The notes below the pieces were generated by a model, which saw nothing but the letters and a program-made list of their open reading frames with translations, did not search any database and had not been told where the DNA came from. DNA of 64,000 nucleotides from Planctomycetota bacterium. Its GTDB lineage: Bacteria; Planctomycetota; UBA8108; SXIK01. This document shows positions 20,057-27,771 of the stretch, piece after piece. The DNA is taken from positions 8,576,001 to 8,640,000 of the forward strand of contig OZ244999.1 in the NCBI GenBank assembly GCA_965223265.1. Reading direction: 5' to 3'. Position numbers and translations under genes: made by a program. Within the stretch, counting starts at the first letter, position 1. Every line of letters begins with the position of its first letter.

Positions 20057-21076
20057 TTACCGCGGGTCGAAATCCAGAACGCCGAAGAGCTCCGTGCGCA
20101 CGGCGGCATCCGCGGGGCGCTGCTCGAGCAGGTCGAGGCTGGCGCGCAGATGACCAGGCTGCTGCTCGTTGCCGGGGACGAAGAGTAGTTTGACCGGGTC
20201 GTAGCGGACTTCTCCGAATGGGCCAAGCGTGTCCCACAGCTGCGCGCCGGAGATGATCGTCTCGTCTACCTTGCGGCCGAAGAAGCCTCGACGCGCCCGC
20301 GGGCGTCTGTGAAGGACGAGATCCGTTTGCGGCAGCATGGTGGCCTGGGTGGAGTTCCAAACGCAGAGTGTTTGAATCTTGCCATCGACGCGTGCTGGTT
20401 GAATCAGCGGCACCTCAACAACTCCTGGCTCATAGAAAGCGAGCACCATCCGCCGGGTGCAACCGAACTTGTAGAGATACTCGCATTTCTCTTTCGGCCA
20501 GATCTGGATCGCACCTTCGTTCGGCAGCGCAGCGTAAAGAACCCGGTGTCTGTCACGCCAACGCTCGAAGGCGTCGTCTCGGTCGACTGGCTGTGGCTCT
20601 TCATCCTCATCGCCCGCTTCGTTGTCGTTATCGTGAAGCATCACGACGTCCAATCCTGCCGCGCTCTTGAGCTCGTCGATGAAGCGCCAGGCCTCGGTAA
20701 GAAAGAACCTCGGACAGAAGATGGGAATGTGGATGGCGACTGGCGGTGCGTCGACGAAGACGTCCTCATCGTCGTCGGATTCGAATAACTCGTCGTCATC
20801 GCGCGCGGCGTGGATCGTGTCGTCGAGAACGTCGACGTGCCGAGGTACAGCCGAATGCCGCAGGTGGTCTTCGATGTCCCCGGGGCCTTGTAAAAGGCCG
20901 GTCGACAGCACGACCGAAAAACGAACACACGTGCCTTCATCGTAGTACACAAAGTGCCCATCGTCCGAGGTTGGGAGCAGATGGGGATAGCCGAGCACTT
21001 TTTCGACGACGAGCTCGGGGTTGACTGTGTGGTCGGAGAGCGGCACCAGGAAAAGATCGAACGTTGGTCTGGCCAC
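20057..21076 (-). CDS. Hypothetical acidic protein
   Basis: Long ORF with protein-like composition; start uncertain (GTG 21076 or 21142). Confidence 0.65.
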   Translation of the reverse strand: MARPTFDLFLVPLSDHTVNPELVVEKVLGYPHLLPTSDDGHFVYYDEGTCVRFSVVLSTGLLQGPGDIEDHLRHSAVPRHVDVLDDTIHAARDDDELFESDDDEDVFVDAPPVAIHIPIFCPRFFLTEAWRFIDELKSAAGLDVVMLHDNDNEAGDEDEEPQPVDRDDAFERWRDRHRVLYAALPNEGAIQIWPKEKCEYLYKFGCTRRMVLAFYEPGVVEVPLIQPARVDGKIQTLCVWNSTQATMLPQTDLVLHRRPRARRGFFGRKVDETIISGAQLWDTLGPFGEVRYDPVKLLFVPGNEQQPGHLRASLDLLEQRPADAAVRTELFGVLDFDPR

Positions 21077-21146
21077 AGCGAGGACGTTGCTCTTGCGATG
21101 GAGATGAAGCGGTCTTTCGGCGGAGGAAGGACGATACCACAAACGA

Positions 21147-21303
21147 GGTAGAAACTGGAGGGGATCGGACTCGGATGCCGGGTAGAGAGGGAGCCAGAGT
21201 CAGAATCACAGACGGATACAGATACAGATGCAACAACAGAGACGGATTCGGATATCGGAAACAGAGCCAGATACAGATTGCGGCAGTCGGATCCCGAGTA
21301 CGG
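21147..21303. repeat. Degenerate period-6 repeat array (CAGATA/CGGATA/CAGAGT-type)
   Basis: cagagt cagaat cacaga cggata cagata cagatg ... cggatt cggata. Confidence 0.75.
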
Positions 21304-21362
21304 GTGGCCCGTGCAGGCGGCCCACCGAGGCGGGCTAAAGACTGATGAGAAGCGCCGTGACC

Positions 21363-21390
21363 AGCGCCCGCTACGAAAGTAGCGGGCGCT
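21363..21390. terminator. Perfect 12-bp stem hairpin downstream of the four-helix-bundle gene
   Basis: AGCGCCCGCTAC-GAAA-GTAGCGGGCGCT; no U-tract on either side, so terminator function is uncertain. Confidence 0.55.
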
Positions 21391-21402
21391 TGGGCGTCTC
21401 GC

Positions 21403-21726
21403 TCAGCGCGTGAGTCCGCTGAGAAGGGCTAGGAGTCGATCGAGGGTCTGGAGAGGCACTGAGACGTCTTCGGTCTTGAGATCGCCCCGGGCCACCGAGA
21501 GCTGCAGGGCAGTCTCGACCTCCCGGGCACTGCCGCGCGCAACGCGATAGAGGTGCAGCCGATCCTTTCCAGCGCGCTCGGCACCCTCCGAGAGATTGAG
21601 CGCGACGGAAGAGGCAGCCCGACGAATCTGCCGATGGAGATCGGGATCAAGCCGACGCAGCCGCAGCAATGGAGCCCGCAAGTCGCGAATCAAACCGAGA
21701 CTGACATCGAGAGCGATGAAGCGCAT
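21403..21726 (-). CDS. Four-helix bundle protein (Avd / 23S rRNA-IVP-like family)
   Basis: DLHRQIRRAASSVALNLSEG..R....ARGSAREV signature; GGAGG RBS before ATG 21726. Confidence 0.9.
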   Translation of the reverse strand: MRFIALDVSLGLIRDLRAPLLRLRRLDPDLHRQIRRAASSVALNLSEGAERAGKDRLHLYRVARGSAREVETALQLSVARGDLKTEDVSVPLQTLDRLLALLSGLTR

Positions 21727-21880
21727 GGGAGACCTCCGCAGAACGTAGAGTGAACAGCTCCGCCGCATCCGGGCGGCGGTACTCCACCCCCCAACGCGGA
21801 GCGGAGTGGGTGTCAAGGGCGCGCAGCGCCGAGCGCAGCGAGGGGACTCTTGACCACGGGTAGCCCACACTGATGTTGGT

Positions 21881-22330
21881 TTGACGACCGTAACGGTCTT
21901 CTATCCCTACCACCCCCTTGCGGGACGCTCTCTGCCGGTCGTTCGGCGGACCTCGAGAGAACCGCCCTGCTACTTGGTTCAAATCGAGAAGCGCCAGCTC
22001 TTGGTGCCGTGCTGGATGACCGAGGAGAGCGCTATGTGGGTGGAGCTGTGTAGATCGCCCCACATCGACGTGGAGGAGCTCCTCGTCATTGCGGCGATCG
22101 TAGAGTCTCGACTCCAAGAAGCACCATCGTCCATCCTTGACTCAGAACCAACTCGAACCAAGGAGGAGGACGATGGTGTGGACGCAGCTTACTCTACCGT
22201 TCTTGCCGCCGGAAGATCAAAGCGTGCTCGCAGTGCTGAGCGCGAAGGAGCGGGAGGAAATCGCTCGGGCAGTGGCGATTCTCCTGCAGGCGATCATCGA
22301 GAACCACGGTGTGGAGGGCGAGAACGATGA
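21881..22330 (+). CDS. DUF5372/Y4bD-like small protein of recombinase elements
   Basis: VTVFYPYHPLAG...LVPCWMT motif typical of ORFs upstream of these recombinases; true extent uncertain. Confidence 0.55.
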   Translation: MTTVTVFYPYHPLAGRSLPVVRRTSREPPCYLVQIEKRQLLVPCWMTEESAMWVELCRSPHIDVEELLVIAAIVESRLQEAPSSILDSEPTRTKEEDDGVDAAYSTVLAAGRSKRARSAEREGAGGNRSGSGDSPAGDHREPRCGGRER

Positions 22331-22340
22331 GGATCGATAG
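22173..22340 (+). CDS. Small helical protein coupled to the recombinase
   Basis: AGGAGGAGG RBS, ATG 22173, QLTLPF...REEIARAVAILLQA; overlaps the recombinase start. Confidence 0.6.
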   Translation: MVWTQLTLPFLPPEDQSVLAVLSAKEREEIARAVAILLQAIIENHGVEGENDEDR

Positions 22341-24417
22341 CAATCATCCAGGTGGCGTCACTACCGAGCACCTCAGGCGCGCGGCAGTAGTATACATTCG
22401 TCAATCGTCGCCAACACAGGTGAAGAACAACGAAGAGAGCACGCGCCTGCAACGCGAACTGAGGCACAAGGCGGTCGATCTTGGCTGGCGCGAGCCGATT
22501 CTCATCGAGGACGATCTCGGCGAGTCGGCTTCTGGATTCGTCGATCGCCCCGGCTTCGAGAAACTGAAGAGCTGGGTCATTGCCGGGGAAGTCGGGATTA
22601 TCTTCTGTCTCGAGATTTCCCGACTGTCGAGGAATTCGGTGGACTGGGCGCGACTGATGGAGCTTTGTCAGCACTTCAATACGCTGATCGCGGACACCGA
22701 GCAGGTCTACGATCTGTCGCTCTCTAACGACAGACTGTTGATCGGCATCCGTGGCTCGATCTCAGAAGCCGAGCTTGCGACGATTCGCTTGCGATTGCGC
22801 CTAGGTCAGCAGGCGAAAGCGAAGCGAGGTGAGCTGTGGATTCAGTTACCGATCGGCTACGTCTACGACGACACTGAGATTGTCTTCGATCCCGACGAGA
22901 GAATCCGTACCGCGATCCGCCGTGTCTTTCAGGACTTCCGTGGCTCCAGTAGTGCCCGACAGCTCGCATTGCATTACCGAGACGCGGGGATCGAGTTTCC
23001 GAGTCGGGGCTTGGGCAACAAGACGGTCAGGTGGGCGGTGCCGTCGGCCAAGTCGCTACACAACCTCCTGGTCAATCCGACCTATGCTGGAGCCTACGCT
23101 TGGGGTCGTTCAAGGACGACAAGCAAGATCGCCGATGGGAGGCTGGTCAAACAGCGTGAACGTCGGCAAGATCCTGGTGAAGCTCGGGTGATGATCCGTG
23201 ACCATCACCCAGCCTACATCGATTGGTCAGAGTACGAAGCGAACTTGAAGAAGCTATCGCAGAATCGACCGCGAAGAGGGCTCGACGGCAACCGAGGAGC
23301 CGCGCGGGAAGGCCAGGCTCTCCTGGCGGGGATGTTGCGTTGTGGTCACTGTGGCGATCAGCTGAAGGTCCGGTACCGATACGAGAAGGCCTTCTATTAC
23401 TGCGACGGCACACGAAAGGGGAACTCACGCATTTGTCTCTCTGTTGGGGCATGTCGCGTTGACCCGATCGTCGCGCAGCAGTTGTGTCGAGCGCTTGACT
23501 CCTCGGGGATCGAGGCTGCGACCAGGGCGTTCGAGCAGATCGAGAAGAGCCGAGCCGACGAGTTGAACTACGCGAAGCAGCAGGTCGAGGCTGCGCAGTA
23601 CGCCGCCAGTCATGCATTCGAACAGTTCGACGCGTGCGATCCGAGGAATCGCCTTGTTGCGGACAACCTCGAGAAACGTCTCAACGACAAGCTTCAGCGG
23701 CTTGCCGAGGCAAAGGAGACACTCCACAAGCAGCAGTCGTCGAGATTGACGTTGACTGTCGCAGAGCGAAAACGTCTCGAGACTCTCGCACGGAACTTCC
23801 AGTTGGTCTGGCGATCGACGATTGATGTCAGGCTGAAGAAGACTCTGCTGCGAGCAGCGATTCACGAGATCATGATCAAGGAGAGCGGCGAGCTCGTTGG
23901 ATCCAATCGGCAAAGTCGCCGCCTGGAATTGACGATTCACTGGAAGGGCGGCGTACACTCTACCTCCGAGCTGTTGCGATTCCCCTCTCCGAAGGCATCA
24001 AGGGAAGTTTCGGTGCTCGAGCTGATCAAGCGGCTCAGCGCCGCGGCGCATAGTGACAGCGAGATTGCCTTAGTGCTTAACAGACGAAGGCTCACGACCA
24101 CACGGTGGACCAAAGACAAGGTGACCGAATTTCGCAAACACAACGGTATCAATTCAGCGCAGTCCTCCGATGATGCGTTGTCGATGAACGGCGCCAGCAA
24201 GTACCTAGGAGTTTCCTCGATAGCATTACGTACGCTTGTCGAACGAGGATTGATCAGGAAAAACCAAGTCGCCGAGTTCGCCCCCTGGCGCGTCTCTCGC
24301 CACGAGCTGGACTCCCCAGGAGTCCGGAGCCTCGTGGCGACGCTCAAGGCGACGGGTCGATTCCCGCCTAAGGAGGGCTGCGCGAAGAACCAGATGACGC
24401 TCTTCGACGACCTATGA
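22327..24417 (+). CDS. Large serine recombinase (resolvase + recombinase + Zn-ribbon + coiled-coil + HTH)
   Basis: AVVYIRQSS catalytic motif, EISRLSRN, NPTYAGAY, HHPAYI, CGHCG...YYC, DPRNRLVA. Confidence 0.93.
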   Translation: MRIDSNHPGGVTTEHLRRAAVVYIRQSSPTQVKNNEESTRLQRELRHKAVDLGWREPILIEDDLGESASGFVDRPGFEKLKSWVIAGEVGIIFCLEISRLSRNSVDWARLMELCQHFNTLIADTEQVYDLSLSNDRLLIGIRGSISEAELATIRLRLRLGQQAKAKRGELWIQLPIGYVYDDTEIVFDPDERIRTAIRRVFQDFRGSSSARQLALHYRDAGIEFPSRGLGNKTVRWAVPSAKSLHNLLVNPTYAGAYAWGRSRTTSKIADGRLVKQRERRQDPGEARVMIRDHHPAYIDWSEYEANLKKLSQNRPRRGLDGNRGAAREGQALLAGMLRCGHCGDQLKVRYRYEKAFYYCDGTRKGNSRICLSVGACRVDPIVAQQLCRALDSSGIEAATRAFEQIEKSRADELNYAKQQVEAAQYAASHAFEQFDACDPRNRLVADNLEKRLNDKLQRLAEAKETLHKQQSSRLTLTVAERKRLETLARNFQLVWRSTIDVRLKKTLLRAAIHEIMIKESGELVGSNRQSRRLELTIHWKGGVHSTSELLRFPSPKASREVSVLELIKRLSAAAHSDSEIALVLNRRRLTTTRWTKDKVTEFRKHNGINSAQSSDDALSMNGASKYLGVSSIALRTLVERGLIRKNQVAEFAPWRVSRHELDSPGVRSLVATLKATGRFPPKEGCAKNQMTLFDDL

Positions 24418-24577
24418 AGGTAAATCGACCGGGTTGTATCAAAGATTCGTCAGATTACGTCGGCTTACACCGAAAGGACTTACGACAGCGGAAGGTTGGA
24501 GGTGCATTGTGTGCTCGACTTCACACCCGCGAGCACCGCGTACGCTCGACAAGACCGCCGCCGTACGGTGACCCCAA

Positions 24578-25018
24578 CCCACACGGACTCCCACAACTCC
24601 CACACGGACTCCCACACGGACTCCCACACGGACTCCCACACCCACGGGAACGGCCGACGCGCACGCCGACAAGGCCGGACGGCACACGGCGTGTGCCTGC
24701 CACGTTGAAGAGGCGCGCACCCACTCCCACACGGACTCCCACAACTCCCACACGGACTCCCACACGGACTCCCACACCCACGGGAACGGCCGACGCGCAC
24801 GCCGACAAGGCCGGACGGCACACGGCGTGTGCCTGCCACGTTGAAGAGGCGCGCACCCACTCCCACACGGACTCCCACAACTCCCACACGGACTCCCACA
24901 CGGACTCCCACACCCACGGGAACGGCCGACGCGCACGCCGACAAGGCCGGACGGCACACGGCGTGTGCCTGCCACGTTGAAGAGGCGCGCACCCACTCCC
25001 ACACGGACTCCCACACGG
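24578..25018. repeat. 136-bp tandem repeat x3 built from CCCACACGGACT 12-mers plus a REP-like palindrome
   Basis: GGCACACGGCGTGTGCC palindrome starts at 24681, 24817 and 24953 (period 136). Confidence 0.92.
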
Positions 25019-25195
25019 CCTCCCCCTCCCACGCCCACGCCCACTTCCCCTCCCACTCCCCCTCCCACACGGACTCCCCCTCCCACTCCCCCTCCCCCTC
25101 CCACGCCCACGCCCACGCCCACGCAAACGCCCACGCAAACGCCCACGCCCACGCAAACGCAAACGCAAACGCAAACGCAAACGCGAACGCAACAA
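25019..25195. repeat. Low-complexity hexamer array (CCCCCT/CCCACT/CCCACG/CAAACG)
   Basis: Directly visible; strongly C/A-rich on +, G-rich on -. Confidence 0.9.
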
Positions 25196-25393
25196 GATTT
25201 GCCGACACGTCGAGCCTGCCCGCTTCTGACAGAGACCGAACCAGCGACGGACGCCGGCCCCACGATGGCCCGGGCAGCTGGAAACTCGTCCGCGATCGCC
25301 GCCGCGGATCCGTTACACTACGCAGGCCGCCGGTTCGTTCTGGACTGGTTGGCGCGTCGAGGTGTCATCCAGTGCAAGGCTTGCAGGTGATTC

Positions 25394-26659
25394 ATGGGAC
25401 CGTTGACTGAGTTTGTTCGCAGCCTACCGATTACCGACGTGCACGAGCACCATCTGCCTGAGGTTTTCCTCAACCGCGATGTCGGCCTGCTCGATCTCCT
25501 TCATCAGAGTTATGCCGGCTGGACGCAGGCGCGCCCGTATCCCCTACCGTCAGAGGCACGTGAGGAGGATCCGATGCTTGCCAGTCGCGGCGAGGGTTCA
25601 TGGGAGGAGGTCGCGCGCTTTGTCGAAGGGAGTGGCTCGTCGACGTTTGTGCGTAACCTCGTTTGTGCTTTGATTGAGCTTTACGACCTCGACCCGTCTG
25701 GAATCACGGCCGAGAACTGGCGCGATGTGGATGCCGAGGTGCGGCGTCGTCACCGTGACCCCGATTGGCCTTCGGAGGTCATGCGGCGGGCGCGGACGAC
25801 CCACATCATCACCGACGCCTACTCCAACCCGCTCTTAGACGCACGGCCAGCACTGGGCGCTTCCTATCGCTCTGTCATGCGGATCAACGGTTTTGCCATG
25901 GGCTTTCATCCCGACCGCGCCGACCACAACGGCAACAGCGCATTCAGCTTGGCTGCGCAGCTCGGGCGTCGCCTCGATCACTTCGACGACTTTGTCGATT
26001 TTCTCGATCACGCCGTCGAAACGATGGCAGATCGAGGCCAAGTCGCGATCAAAAACGCGCTGGCATACGACCGTGATCTTTGTTTTGACGCACCGAATGA
26101 AGATCTTGCTCGCAGCGCGTGGGGGCAATTCGATCCACCTCCGGAGGCGCAGAAAGCCTTCGGCGACTTTGTTGTCGACCGATTCTGTCGGCTGGCGGCT
26201 GAGCAGGACATCCCTGTGCAGATGCACCTTGGCTCGGCTCTGATCCGCGGTTCACACCCCCTCAACGTCGCAGATCTGATCGAACGGCATCCCGCGACGC
26301 GTTTTCTTCTCATGCACTTCGCCTACCCGTGGAGCGTCGACTTGCTCGGGCTGGCGTTTGTTTACCGCAATATCTGGCTTGACCTGACATGGTCGTTTCT
26401 CCTAAGCCCGACGCATTTCAAGCGCGCTCTTCACGAAGCCATCGAAGTTTTGCCGAACGAGGCGCGGATGATGCTCGGCGGCGACAACTGGCACGCCGAA
26501 GAGAGCTACGGCACCTTCGAGTTGGCGCGCCGGTTGATCGGCGAGGTTTTGGACGAGAAGGTAGAAGCGGGTTACTTCGCTCAGCGCGACGCAGAGCGGC
26601 TTGCACGGAAGGTCTGCAGCGAGAATGCGAACGAGTTTTTCCAGTTGGATGCTGTGTGA
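25394..26659 (+). CDS. Amidohydrolase-family protein (uronate isomerase-like TIM barrel)
   Basis: TDVHEH, VQMHLG, LLMHFAYP, LGGD, ENANEFF. Confidence 0.82.
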   Translation: MGPLTEFVRSLPITDVHEHHLPEVFLNRDVGLLDLLHQSYAGWTQARPYPLPSEAREEDPMLASRGEGSWEEVARFVEGSGSSTFVRNLVCALIELYDLDPSGITAENWRDVDAEVRRRHRDPDWPSEVMRRARTTHIITDAYSNPLLDARPALGASYRSVMRINGFAMGFHPDRADHNGNSAFSLAAQLGRRLDHFDDFVDFLDHAVETMADRGQVAIKNALAYDRDLCFDAPNEDLARSAWGQFDPPPEAQKAFGDFVVDRFCRLAAEQDIPVQMHLGSALIRGSHPLNVADLIERHPATRFLLMHFAYPWSVDLLGLAFVYRNIWLDLTWSFLLSPTHFKRALHEAIEVLPNEARMMLGGDNWHAEESYGTFELARRLIGEVLDEKVEAGYFAQRDAERLARKVCSENANEFFQLDAV

Positions 26660-26719
26660 CGTCACAGCGCTCTAATTCAGGTGCAGCCGTTAGTGTCCAC
26701 TGCGATTGCACGCAAGTCG

Positions 26720-27715
26720 CTACTTCCGCCGATCGAACCTAAACGGCCGCTTCGGGTCGTCTGTGACGATCACTTCGACTGGTGGGGCGATGCCGCCTTG
26801 GTCGACCTGCACGCGGAGGACGTTCTGCGCGTCGAACGGCCGGTCTCGCAGCCAGTTGTGTCCGTCGCCGTGCAGGTAGAGGACGGGTCGCTTGAATGAC
26901 CGCGCCGCAGCCGTGAGACCGTTGACGAAGATGGTGTGGTTCGCCGTCAGATTGGCGTGACCAAAGACGACGGCAGCGTAGATCTCGGCGCTCGCCCGAT
27001 CGAAGTGCGCTCCGACCCAAGCGGCATCGTCGGTCAAGCGTCGTCGCCACTCATTCGGGTCGTTGATGCGACCGCCGACCACGTTGACGCCGATGAAGAC
27101 GACACCGGAACGCACGAACGCAAAGTTTTCCTCACGGCCTTCCTGACGCACGACGGGAAAGTCGTGCTCCCAGCGACGATCGAAGCGGAGAAACGTTTGA
27201 GACCAGAATTCCCACGCCGCGTTCGGAATGAGGCAATCGTTCCACTCGTTGTCCCCGGGGACGATGAACGTCGGCACCTTCGAGGCGAGCAAAATTTCGG
27301 CGATGCGCTGATAGCGGGACTCGCTACACGGAGTGGAGGAGCGTTTGATGTCACCGAGGTGGACTAAGAACTCTGCCGTCGGCGGTAAGTTGAGCACCTG
27401 CTGATGCAGCAGCGCCTCTTCTTGGATGGCGTACGGCACGTCTCCCGTTGCGCAGAAAGAAACAAGTTGTTTCGAGGCCGACGCTGCTCGCGCTGCACCG
27501 TCGGCGCCCGCTGTCGCGGCGATGGGGGCTTCCGGACTGCTCGCCTGATTCGCGGCGGAGTTGTCACTGCGTGCGTGCTTTTCGGCAGGCGTCGACGCTT
27601 CGGGCTCTGCGCGAGTCCCCGGCGGGTGGGCTCCGCTGCCATTGCAGCCGCTCGCGAAATGGGTGACGGTGATGCCCACCGCTGTCATCACAAGTGCGCT
27701 ACGGAACAACTTCAT
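26720..27715 (-). CDS. Calcineurin-like metallophosphoesterase, lipoprotein
   Basis: GDVPY, VHLGDIK, PGDNEWNDC, YLHGDGH. Confidence 0.85.
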   Translation of the reverse strand: MKLFRSALVMTAVGITVTHFASGCNGSGAHPPGTRAEPEASTPAEKHARSDNSAANQASSPEAPIAATAGADGAARAASASKQLVSFCATGDVPYAIQEEALLHQQVLNLPPTAEFLVHLGDIKRSSTPCSESRYQRIAEILLASKVPTFIVPGDNEWNDCLIPNAAWEFWSQTFLRFDRRWEHDFPVVRQEGREENFAFVRSGVVFIGVNVVGGRINDPNEWRRRLTDDAAWVGAHFDRASAEIYAAVVFGHANLTANHTIFVNGLTAAARSFKRPVLYLHGDGHNWLRDRPFDAQNVLRVQVDQGGIAPPVEVIVTDDPKRPFRFDRRK

Positions 27716-27771
27716 GAACGCATCCTCGCCGCGGTGACTGACATGTCAAGAGCGCGTGTCGGGCTGTTAGG

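Larger units (their letters stand above)
21863..24514 (+). mobile_element. Large-serine-recombinase integrative element (~2.65 kb)
   Basis: Compact three-gene cassette; joining the ends gives the dyad CATTGTGT-GC-CCACACTG; exact crossover position inferred. Confidence 0.7.

Noticed and set aside
24578-25018. Possible CRISPR array (palindromic repeat at regular spacing)
   Set aside because: Intervening sequences are identical rather than unique spacers, the period is 136 bp, and there are no cas genes
21147-25195. Complete diversity-generating retroelement
   Set aside because: Avd-like gene only; no reverse transcriptase and no TR/VR pair with adenine-specific mismatches was seen in the window
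24414-25410. Multiple ORFs in all six frames over the repeat region
   Set aside because: Stop-free only because of low-complexity repeats; no RBS or domain context
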